A DNA stretch of 64,000 nt from Eutreptiella sp. 'Long Island Sound 2002' (lineage: Eukaryota; Protista; Euglenida), in the NCBI GenBank assembly GCA_964036045.1, contig OZ038378.1:172360001-172424000 (forward strand), given 5' to 3'. This document shows positions 1 to 10,235 of the stretch, in pieces (position 1 is the stretch's first letter; every line of letters starts with the position of its first letter). The notes beneath the pieces were generated by a model that did no database searches, was not told the DNA's origin, and worked only from the letters and a program-made list of their open reading frames with translations. The position numbers were made by a program, and so were the translations under genes.

Positions 1-1204
1 GTCCCTGATTTGCCCAAAGCAGTGTGGGCCGGGTGCAGCCAGCAATCAAGGCACAGCCCAGGGCTGACCTCTGACTGATATGCATGCCTGATCCGGTCGA
101 GTCCCAAAAGCCAGAAATCCAGACCAGTCAGTAAGCACCAGCGGAGCCAAAGCCAACGGACAGGGGACAGGGTGTGATACAACTACCGAACACAAAGCAC
201 ATTGATGGCGCTGGTGGTTGGCGGACTGGACAGTGGGCGGTGAAGGCTGTGGGGAGCAGGCGCGGCGGGAGCCTGATGCGGACATTGCAACCTGACCATA
301 GCCACTCTCACTCCACCCCGCCATCTTCGGTTGACCCCAAGTTGAGCCACTCCAAAGCACAGGCTGCTGGTTGTGGGCCGGTGCTCCTTGTAGGGGACCA
401 GAAAGCAGGCCCGAGGAATGCATGGTCACAGCAGCAAAGCTCTGTGCGATCATGTGGGAGGGCCCAGCACACAAAACGCACAGCGAAGGTGATACTAGAA
501 TGGAGCCAACCCGTGCGGCATTTGGTGAGGCAAACCATGCCCAGTCTCGCACACGTACCCCGCAATCCACCCGAGTCTCCTTCACAACCAACAATGGAAC
601 AAGGGTGCGAAACCACCAACAATATCAGGAGGGGGCAATTGCTATTTGCCCTCACACGGCAAGGCAGTCCTGTATTTTGTGCTACCGCTGGTCCATGCCA
701 TTCCCCTGGAGGTAGTGCATACGGGCTAAATTTGAAGCATTTTAATGCTAATAAATTCGAAGGGTGGTCTGCATGGAAATTTAGGTGAGCGCAAACTTAC
801 AAAAAAGATACCACTTTTTGATTAACTCTAGGCCAATGATTGTGCAATGACGCAAAATTTTCATTAATCGCAAAAATTCAATTAATTTTGGTTGCGCCTC
901 TTTGTTTGTACAGCTGTTTCTTCAGGATGTTCACCATGTAGCATTTCTTCCCCATTATTCCTGACGAGTCTGCAGAGTAGTGGTATCTGCACAAAATGAG
1001 CGTTTTGCGAACGAAGGGTTTTGTTGGGGACTGGTGATGGGTGCTATCAATGCTGCAGTGATTGCCATTGTTCTTTGAGCATTACTCAAGCATGATTAAT
1101 GCTAAGGAATTATATTCCAGAATGTGTCCATGTACTAGCCTCTTCTTTGTGTTCAGACTGGCCTCTTCATGGTGTGTTTTGCAGATGTATGGTCCAAGGT
1201 TGCA

Positions 1205-1435
1205 ATCAGGAATTCACAGCAAGCCACCAAGAATTGACAGCAACTGTCCAAGAATTCACAGCAGCCCTCCCGGAATGAACGACAATTCCCCAAGAATGAA
1301 GAGCGCTCCATCAGGAATTAACAGCAACCCATCAAGAATTAAGAACAAGCCTCCAAGAATGTACAGCAAGCCACCAAGAATTCCAACCATCAATAGTAAG
1401 CCTGCAAGACTGGACATCAAATTACATCACCAGGA
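1205..1435. repeat. Degenerate ~21-bp minisatellite (ccaagaattcacagcaagcca-like)
   Basis: About ten diverged copies visible; it produces the repetitive ORF 1062..1544. Confidence 0.75.
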
Positions 1436-2298
1436 ATTATCAACAACGCAAAAATCAAACAATCGCAAGAAAAGAAGTGTTTTTGGACTTGTCAATACAG
1501 TTTCTCACACACAAAAAAGGCAAACAATCGCCAAAAAAAATTGATTCTGGTAAAGCACCCACTGCAAAAAATGGCATTCTGCAAATTTTTCAAATGTAGC
1601 CAGTACAGCCTTTGAGCGCATCATACCCCACTTCCTCCTTGTCATCAGGCTAGCCTGATGAATGACCCACGCTTGCCGCTCATTTGCACATGCAGATGAG
1701 GCAGATGTGCAACCCATCCAGCCCCCGCAGACCACAGTGTGATGTAGAACAAAATAGGGAGGCAAAGTCAGTCATGGTCAGAGCAAACGATCCTGATGTT
1801 TAGAACTCCGTGAGTTGGGGTGAGCATCACTCAGGGGACCTCCCCTTCATCCCCTCACCACTCTCAGGTGGGATTGGGGCCTCTCTATTCTCGAGGACAG
1901 CCTCCCAGCCCGTACAAAACGGTCAATGCAGTCACTGGTTACCGTCAATGCTTGTCAGTTAAGTGTGCTCAAGCACCGTCAGTTAATTGCCTACCGCTGT
2001 CGGTTGCTTGCTGTCCCAGACCTCTTGTCCCAGACCAGCCAGACACTTTTGGTTTTGTCCTGTAACACAATGTGTTGACACACTCAATTGACACGCCCCA
2101 CCCCCCCTCACCACACTCCCTCTGGTGCTGTGCACCACGGCACCTCCAAGCGAGTCGGTAACCTATTCCACAGCTTCTGGCTTCTCTGCATGCGCGAAAG
2201 TCCCCAAAACACGCACAGAGGGGATGCCGTTGGATGCTTTCTGCCCCTTTTTGTGATGGGTGCATCGGTAGATCTCATTGCCCCTGTGCGCTTCGCAG

Positions 2299-2372
2299 AT
2301 TACCTGAATGGGTTTCTCAAGTACCCACTGCGCGGTGACCGGCCCTACTGGGTTTCCGCAGATTTCATGCAG
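2299..2372 (+). CDS. Glucose-6-phosphatase-like PAP2 phosphatase, first located exon (C1 motif); model join(<2299..2372,2988..3073,4820..4882,5529..5826 or 5913)
   Basis: After the cttcgcag acceptor it reads (D)YLNGFLKYPLRGDRPYWVSADFMQ, which is the K-x6-RP motif and resembles G6PC DWLNLVFKWILFGQRPYW. It ends cag|gtgtga. Upstream exons were not located. Confidence 0.8.
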
Positions 2373-2987
2373 GTGTGAGCTGAGTGGGGGTGTATCACTA
2401 GTGTGAGGGTGTGGACTGAGTGATGATGTGGCATTTGTATTAGAGTGCAGATGATGTGTGGGACTGGCTTTGTGGGGATATCATTACTGTGAGAGTGTGG
2501 GTTGTGGTGGGTGTCGTGAGGGTAAGGCTCTGTTCTGCCTCCAACGGCAGCGCGGTGTCTCAGCGTGTGACGCCATGTGGAGCCACCAGAGCCTTGGGGC
2601 TCGAGTAACCACTGTAGTCTGGTCCATTGGTTGGGCATCCTCTCAGCCTCTCATCCTGAACCCAAGCAGCCATCGATTTCAAGGGTTTTGGGCAGTGCAC
2701 CCTGTTGTCAAGCCTTTTTCAACACAAAAGTAGTACTAGCCTACTACAGCCAATGGGGGTTCCGAATGTAGTGTTGTACGTTTGTCACTTATGTATGGCG
2801 CACACACCACGCATGGTACACCCCCTTGACTGACATCATTCCCTTGGACCCTGAGCGGGGTCTCAGCCTTCCAGGGCATCTTGGGTGTAACCTCTGGCCG
2901 CAATCGGTACCCGCCAAATGCCGCATCCTTTTGAAGTTTTGTCAGAACAGTTGAAGTAGAACTGAGGGATGCCGCGCTGCTGTTCAG

Positions 2988-3073
2988 GTGGATTTGACGT
3001 GCGAAACAGGGTATGGCAACCCCAGTGGACACATGATGGTCACCTCCGCCACATGGATCTACCTCTGCTGCAG
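2988..3073 (+). CDS. G6Pase-like PAP2 phosphatase, exon with C2 motif
   Basis: ttcag|GTG...AG|gtcatt, reading VDLTCETGYGNPSGHMMVTSATWIYLCC (G6PC has TCETGPGSPSGH). Phase 0 start matches the previous exon. Not in the supplied ORF track. Confidence 0.85.
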
Positions 3074-4819
3074 GTCATTACACCTTCATCACCTTGACCC
3101 TCAATCCAACACACACTGCGGACGGCAGAGCAATTTTGGGGAGGGTCGCTGAATGCGCACTGGCAAATCCCGGCCGCATCAGTTGCAAACCCCTCCTATG
3201 CGCAGCTCTAGATTTCTACTGTGTTTTTTTTTAGCAAACATTCCTCTCATTTATTTTGCACTCCATTTGCAGTACAATTTGTCTGTTTTTGTGCAGCCTG
3301 TTTTATGTAGCCATTCATGATTCTGACGGCAACAAGTGGTATGATCAAAGATTCGCCGTCAGAGGTCGTGCCATGGATTGGTGGGGCGCTACAATTGTGA
3401 TGGTGAGTCAACAATTCAGAATTGCAAGTACAGTCCTGTGTGTTATTCACCCCTAAGCGTACAGCAATATGATTTGAGCTTCCAATAGTGGACTGCAAAC
3501 AAACAGTGGCCGCCATCGCATGCAGTTGCTGGAGTATGATCTCTTTCTTGGCATGAGAAAAATTTTGCTGCATGAGGTCACCGGCTAGTACTTCATACCT
3601 TTTGGAGATGCAACACTAATTTGCCTCTGAATGAGGGGAAGCAGATACCCGCAGTACAACTGAGCGCAGAAGCCGAGCAGCCAGCCTTAGCCAAAGGAGG
3701 GACCACGGACACAACTGAACCAGAATTTGCGAGTGGATGGGCTGTAGCACTTATTCAATTGAACTGAGAGTCATAAAGGCCATGAGATGGCGGGACCACC
3801 AGGAACTGCCTGACCCATGGCACACGGAGCGTACTCCACGAGCAACACTATGCGCAAACTGCAATGCACCACTAGTACGTAACAATTGGTGACACAGAAC
3901 CCCCTTGGCCCTGTGCCATTTCCTACATCAGTGGTGGAGAGTAGCACCCGCCAAATTTCACGGTGTGGGAGTGACTGAATGTGAAGCCCATTTAGGGCCA
4001 TTAACAGAGTGGACACGATGACAGCAGCAATTGTGATTGTGGGTGGCAGTGGAACACATTCCACTGCCGGCCACAAAACACACACGCAGTCTCTTCTCTC
4101 CACACACACGCTCCACCCTCCCCCCCTCACCCGCATAAACACACTCCTGAAACTGACCTCAATCATGCAGGGTCATACAAACGACATGGCATTAGCCACT
4201 GGCACGACATCAGTCAATTTCTGTTCAGGGGGGGGCGGGGGGGGCAGGCTGTTAGGGTGGGTGGGGCTGGCAAATTCCACTGTGTCTGTCTTGCAGTAGT
4301 AAGGTTTTTTTGTGGCGATGCCCAAATGTGCTTGGGGGAAGGTTGTGTTATGCAATCCCCACCCCTCCCGCGGGAGGAGGGGGGGATATCACCTATTAGA
4401 ATTCCGGAAACAGGCAAACAGGATGAAGCGAAAGCGGGTTCCATGACTGTGACCAGAATTTTTGTTTGCACCTCCACCAAGATCTTTGCAGCGAAGCTAT
4501 TGAAACGCCAAGGGGTCCCACGGGACGCCATTTAATCAACCACCCCGTTGCCAAGCAAATGACTGCATGGAATGGCATTGGGTGGTACTACACAGTATTC
4601 TACCAGTCTTTGTGGAACACCCTCTTGCGTGCTGGCTTTGCTATTTCACCGTCAGAGCAGACTCCCTCCTGCCAAGCGACATACCACCACCACCACAACT
4701 ACAACCAGCCAATCAACCATTCACTTCACGATGAAAACATGACCACACATGCACACAGATTTCTTGCATGTATGTTGCCAATTGGGTTTTTGTGCTCTGC
4801 CTGGCCTTATTGCTTGCAG

Positions 4820-4882
4820 ATTCCGCAGCTGGCCATTCAATATTTTTGTTGCAATCCTCCTGTGCCTCGTTGGCATATCCAG
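4820..4882 (+). CDS. G6Pase-like PAP2 phosphatase, exon leading into C3 motif
   Basis: ttgcag|a ttc cgc agc tgg...tcc ag|gtgtgt, reading FRSWPFNIFVAILLCLVGIS(R). Phase 2 at both ends joins 3073 to 5529. An alternative in-phase acceptor exists at 4828/4829. Confidence 0.7.
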
Positions 4883-5269
4883 GTGTGTAGTATGTTGTGT
4901 GCAATGGACTGTCATCTGCCTTGTCGGCGAATCCATATGTGCAGGGTGCATGTGAGGTGTGCAGGGTGCTTTACAGCCGTGCGGTGTGCGGTGTGCTGTC
5001 AGGTGCGCTGAAGGTGAGTGTGCGCAGGTTTGTGACCCGGCCAATATTTCAACGGGTGCAGTGCACCCCAAATCTCAGAATGTCGGTGCCATTTTTCACG
5101 ATGTCGCAAGGGCTCTGTTCTTATGGGTTTTGTCCACTTTTTCTGGTAGAAGCATCCCGTTCCCACGTGTTCTCGCTGCACCCAGTCTCTGCCAGACATG
5201 TCTGGTTCTTCCCATTGTATCGAACCCCACTTCCCATCGACCTGTGTCTGTTGGAAGAAGGCTCTTAAA

Positions 5270-5322
5270 GTCAGTGGTCTTGCTTGATCGTTAAACAAAG
5301 GGTACCGGTTCGAACCCCAGGA
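5270..5322 (+). repeat. tRNA-derived (SINE-like) head, degenerate
   Basis: agtggtct (A-box part) and ggttcgaaccccagg (B-box) are shared with the copy at ~9141-9205; no complete cloverleaf. Confidence 0.4.
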
Positions 5323-5528
5323 TGGTCAAGTACCATGCTGTCGTTTGCCCGCAAACGACTGTTGTGTGCTCTGGCTGTCAATCACCCTCTCCTGTCAGTT
5401 ACCCATTGACAGGAGGACATTGGAGGGGGGTTGATAGCAGTTGGGGGCAAGGGGCAGCCTATATTATTCCGGGCATACAGCTGCTCTGCCATGTGTCGGG
5501 CCTGACCCCCTGTCCTCCGTCTTCACAG

Positions 5529-5913
5529 GGTGTATCTAGCTGCTCATTTCCCGCACCAAGTCGCCCTTGGGTTGGTCATGGGACTCGCTTTGGCGTACGT
5601 GCAGCAGTCACAGGATCCAGGGCTGAGCAACTCGCTCCCAATGCTTGCCCCCGCATCTCCCACGAGCCTGGAGAGCCCTGCTGCACCCGCTGTCCTCACT
5701 GCCCCGGTGACGCCTCGTACCACGTATTGGAACGTGGTGGACTGGTTCGAGCGGGGCCCGGCCTTCACTGCCGTGGCTGCAGCTGCGGTCTTTGCACTAT
5801 CCGTCGTCGAATACAACATGCTGGAGGTTTTGGGTGTGTGCCTGTCGCATGTGTCACGCCGGGAAGGAGTTGCATCTGCGTGCATTGCGGTGCTCGCCAT
5901 TGGCTGTTCCTAG
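5529..5913 (+). CDS. G6Pase-like PAP2 phosphatase, exon with C3 motif
   Basis: cttcacag|g gtg tat cta gct gct cat gives (SR)VYLAAHFPHQVALG, matching G6PC SRIYLAAHFPHQV, followed by hydrophobic helices. The frame is open to TAG at 5911-5913, but a gag|gt donor at 5826/5827 may be the real exon end. Confidence 0.8.
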
Positions 5914-8063
5914 AATTGTCGGTCAGGCCCATACGGGGCATCGTTTTCTGGTTTCTGGAATGCTTCATTTCTTTTGTCTCAAACGTCCACTGCCCCCTCT
6001 ATTCCCCCCGCCCCCAAAAAATTAACGTGAACCCGCGTTGCTATGAGGAAAATCCTGGGGGAGCGCCTGAACCCGGCATGCGACCCTCCGAACAGTGATG
6101 GTGCTACTCCTCACCTCCACGCTCTCTATCCCGATACCGCAGGGGGTATGCAGTAAATGTTATGTTCAGGAGTACACTATGGGGCTACAGGTACAGGACG
6201 TCTACTATACAGACTTCCACCGTTTTGGGTACGTATGCCTTGTGTGGCGGATCCTGCCTTCATTGAAAGCGACCCAGATGAGGGACCAAGGATTTTGTCC
6301 CCCGTTTCTGCCTTTCCCCCCCCATTTAGCCCCTTTTCCGACTGTGTTTTGGGCCCAAAATGACTCAAAAATGACCAATTTTTCCGTCATACTCATGGCT
6401 CTTGATATTAGTACATATGCATCTAGTTGACCCCCCCCCCTTCCTCAAGGAGGCATCAGCGACCCCTGGCCGAGGGCATTTTGCCACCCACTCTTCTCAT
6501 GGAGCCTTGCACACCCACACTGCAGAGTGGTCCCATGCTATCGCTGTCCGAGGTTGGAGAGATATGCGCGAAATAGAGGCGGGGGGGGATGCAATGTCCA
6601 GCCCTGCCAGTGCTTGGCTGCAGGCTTGGTGGCCAACCACTGCTGTGACCCGAGCGGGCAGGCAATGAAGGGCTATCTGACCCCTGCTACATCGGGGCAC
6701 CCCAAGCGGAGAGACAACGAATTGCGGCAAAACCCCTGCCAGATGCTTTGTGGGTCGGTCGCTGTATGGCCAGTCCACCCCCCCCCCCCTGGGACACACA
6801 GAAATTTCAATAGAAAGTCTACGCAACAGCAGCAGACAGGCACAAATATGATGCCCCAGCCAAGTACAACATTCCGGGTTTTATTGCGCAACTCAAATGG
6901 GGGGGTCCCGGATGCCTGGTCCACATTCATGACCCCCCCCCCCCCCACACACACACACATCCCACATAATTGGTGGCGAGCACCCGCAACATCATGGTGT
7001 GGGGACGGACGCCACGAAGGCAATGGCTGCAATTGTGAGCAGTGTGACAGGCATTCCACACTCACACACAAAACGGTCCCTCCTCCGTATTTTCCCCTCA
7101 CACACTCCCCAACCAACCAACACACGCAACAACAGACAGCCCGGAGGCACACATCCACAAACCAGCAATTTTCTCCACCTTTTCATGGTTCAACCGCCCA
7201 ACCATCAGTCACGGACCCCCACCCCACCTTCCCCCATGGTTGGAGGGTGTCTTGCATGGTGATCATAAGAACCTGGGCTTGCATGCATGAGAACGGCTGG
7301 AAGCCATGGCAGGAAGCCCCCCCCCCCCGGGTCCTCCGCACCACCTCCTCCCCTTCTCATGCGTCATCCAGGCCAGAGTTTTCTCGCGGCCTGTGGCCGC
7401 GGAGGACACCATCCATCATGTCTTCTGCCGTGTTGTTTCGTGCCGCATGCCACGTGGAGCGTTTTGTCGTTGTGAAAAGGGCATGGCTCAATGTCACCGC
7501 CGAAGATCTCATCAAAAGTGGGATGTATTTTCAGTGGACAGATTGTGCCAATGGTAAAGCCGATCCCAGCCCGGCCTCGGGATGGCAGCGACCAGCGAGT
7601 GCAGAGTTCGAGGGCTGCAGGGGTCGGGTCCCTCCCTCGGATCACAAGGGCAGACCGTCCCTGACCAGCATGAGCCACGAGGAATTGTGTGAATTCCTCT
7701 TCTACCACTTTGGATGGTGACAATCAGATTACTGTTTAGTTCGGGGGCGACCTGCTGTACACAAAGGAAAGGAAGAGAGGGTGGGGAGGGGGGGGGGGGG
7801 GGGGCTAATGATGACTTGACTTTGGGGGGGGGGGGGGGTTGTGACAAGGAAGTTTAGGCCGTAAGGCATTGGACACCTGGGCTCATGCCTGCATCAGAAG
7901 AGAGGCACCTCCAGATTGTTGCTGGTAATTCTGGAAGGCCTCTGGATTGTTGTGCATGCACCATTCCCTGCAACAAAATGCAGTTGGTGTGGCAAAATGC
8001 ACACCAGCTCACGCCCCCTGGACATACGCTCACACATGTGGAACTCAATGATGTCTGTCTTCC

Positions 8064-8122
8064 ACACGCACACACACACACGCCCACCCACACGCCCACC
8101 CACAAACACAAACACACACACA

Positions 8123-8169
<47 letters not shown>

Positions 8170-8175
8170 GCGCGC
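8064..8175. repeat. (CA)n microsatellite running into (CG)n
   Basis: Directly visible. Confidence 0.9.
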
Positions 8176-9140
8176 CTAGTACGGTCAGCTGCGCCGTGCG
8201 ACAATTTGGGGTGAGGCCTAACGGAACACTTTTTTTTTTCATGATGGATTGTCCTGTCCCTCGCATTATGGTTTGATCGAGGCATGGCCATGCCCACCCA
8301 ATCTGTGGCTATGCAAAGATCCCTCCCCAGCCCGGGGTCACGGGTGGTTGGAATGGCGGTTTTCAGTTACAAAACGGTTGGTGGACCCCTTCAAGCACAT
8401 TGCCTGCCCCCTCTCCCAGGTTTTATGGGCGCAGGCCTCGCACAAGCCGGCCAGCAACTTCCAATAACCTCCAGCCATCTCCAGCATCCAGGGGGTTGTT
8501 CCTGGCACGCACCCTACCCGCCACCCTTTCTCACAGGTCTAGAGCCTCTAGGCTCCATTCCCAAGGCAAGGGCGGCGTGCAGAGCAGGGGAGAAGGGCCT
8601 CGGGGCGACTGCTTCTCCATTTCAAGGTCTGCCTGTCTCCCGGTACCTGCACGTTGAGTGGGTGCCTTCCTGGGGTCTGTCGGGTGACTTTGAGTGTGGA
8701 CAGGGCTGATGGAGGGCCCGGGTCTGACCACAAAAGGCAGTGAAGCACAAGGGGGACGCGATGGTTCATTGACGGCGGCCGTTGGGTATCTCGGACGCAG
8801 GAGTGCCTAAGGACCACGCGCCGAGCGGGGCAACCCGACACCCAACCTCAATGAACTATCGACCGCTGTGTGAACCGCCAACTGCCATTCGCGGGATTCC
8901 AAACCGCCGTCAGACACTGACCAACGCCGGCGGTCGTTCTCCTGGACACCGAAGAGCGACAGAAAGCAACTGTGGAGGGCCGTACAGTATTCTGGGGTGG
9001 GGTGTCAATTGACAGGGCACCCCTGCCTCCCTTGGGCACGTGCAGGGCCCAGAAATTCCAGTGCCCGCGTGGAGTGTAGCGAAGACAGGGGGCAGTTTAC
9101 GGGCAACCCACAAATATATCAATACCTCTTTGAAGTGACG

Positions 9141-9205
9141 TGGGGGCGGCGGGGAGTGGTCTGAACGCCGGCCCATAGGCCGTGGGTTCGAACCCCAGGT
9201 TTGAC
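9141..9205 (+). repeat. tRNA-derived (SINE-like) head, degenerate
   Basis: ggagtggtctgaacg...gggttcgaaccccagg; same family as ~5270-5322. Confidence 0.45.
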
Positions 9206-9494
9206 GCCGAGGGTTGGAAATACGTCCAGTGGCCGCAGCGGTTGCTGGTCGGCGGACAACCTTCGGTGAATGGGAGTTGAACGGGGGCAGACCGAGTCGA
9301 ACGACAGAAATGGACTGGGGTTAATGTAGTCGGTTTGGTGCGCGACAGACCGCCCTGTCCTGTGCCGCACGCGCTGCGTGGCGTTCCACAGGGTTGACAA
9401 GGGACGTGACGTTCGTAATCATGTTTTCGCTGCTGCACTCCAGACTGTGCTCCGTGTTGGTCAAAGGTCTGCTCCCATCCCCCTGCAATTCAAG

Positions 9495-10235
9495 CGCAGG
9501 AGGAACTAAAACCTCTGCACTGCCCGAGGAGAAACGAGCTCTGAGCCTCCTGTCACCGGGAACTGTTCACCCTTTCGGGACCTGCCTCAGCCAGTGGGGG
9601 AAAGATGAATGCCCACTTCTCACACACCCCACGACGACGCTGGTGGTCAGTTGTGGCCCTGAGCCAAAGCTCCGGGCCGTAGTGGCCGACGTGGTGTCAC
9701 AGCACGTCAGCGTCCGGACGTCATCCCACCTCCTCTGTGTGTCCGTGGCATCTGCAGGCGCTTGCGCTCAGCCTCAGTTCTTTGCACCAGCGGCCACCAG
9801 TTTGCATCCTCGTGCTGGAGACTTGAATGCGTCGCAGGGCACCCCATGCCTGGGCACCCCCATGGCGCATCCCTGGCAGGAAGGGAAGCGCTGGGGGCAC
9901 AGGCAAGATGGGCAGGGGCAGGACACGCCTTCTTTGCTGGAAGCCAAGGTGATGGTCTACCGGAGCTGCAACACAGCGCGCGCCGAGCACTGGCGTGTAC
10001 TTGGGGGTGGATGGTGGTGGTGGTGTTGGTGGTGCGTCAGCAGGTCTTGCACCTGCACTGGAATTGCGCACCACAATTGACCACCAGCGTCGTGGGGCGT
10101 GTCAGAACTGGGCATTCACTTTTCCCCCACTGGCTGAGGCAGGTCCCGAAAAAGTGAGCGGCCTGGTGGCAGGCGGCAGAGGTCTCGTTTCTCCTCGGGC
10201 AGCCCACAAGTTCCGGAGGTCCTAACTCCTTCTGC
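9495..10235. mobile_element. Foldback/MITE-like element with long imperfect terminal inverted repeats
   Basis: 9521-9656 is the reverse complement, with a few substitutions and indels, of 10071-10201 (e.g. tgcccgaggagaaacgag...tcgggacctgcctcagccagtggggg). Weaker pairing extends about 25-35 nt outward. Confidence 0.7.

Noticed and set aside
664-711. Possible upstream G6Pase exon AVLYFVLPLVHAIPLE
   Set aside because: Plausible hydrophobic pattern and ag|gt donor, but no phase-compatible linking exon to 2299 was found.
3297-3402. Apparent extra G6Pase exon (gcag|c ctg...atg|gtgagt)
   Set aside because: It starts in phase 2 and ends in phase 0, so it cannot join the phase-2 exon at 4820; the gene assembles without it.
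5003-5013. 11-nt micro-exon candidate (ag|gtgcgctgaag|gtgagt)
   Set aside because: Inclusion between 4882 and 5529 would shift the frame of the C3 motif.
6527-7371. 5' part of the 397-aa ORF as a gene
   Set aside because: Low-complexity translation of C-runs and CA repeats.
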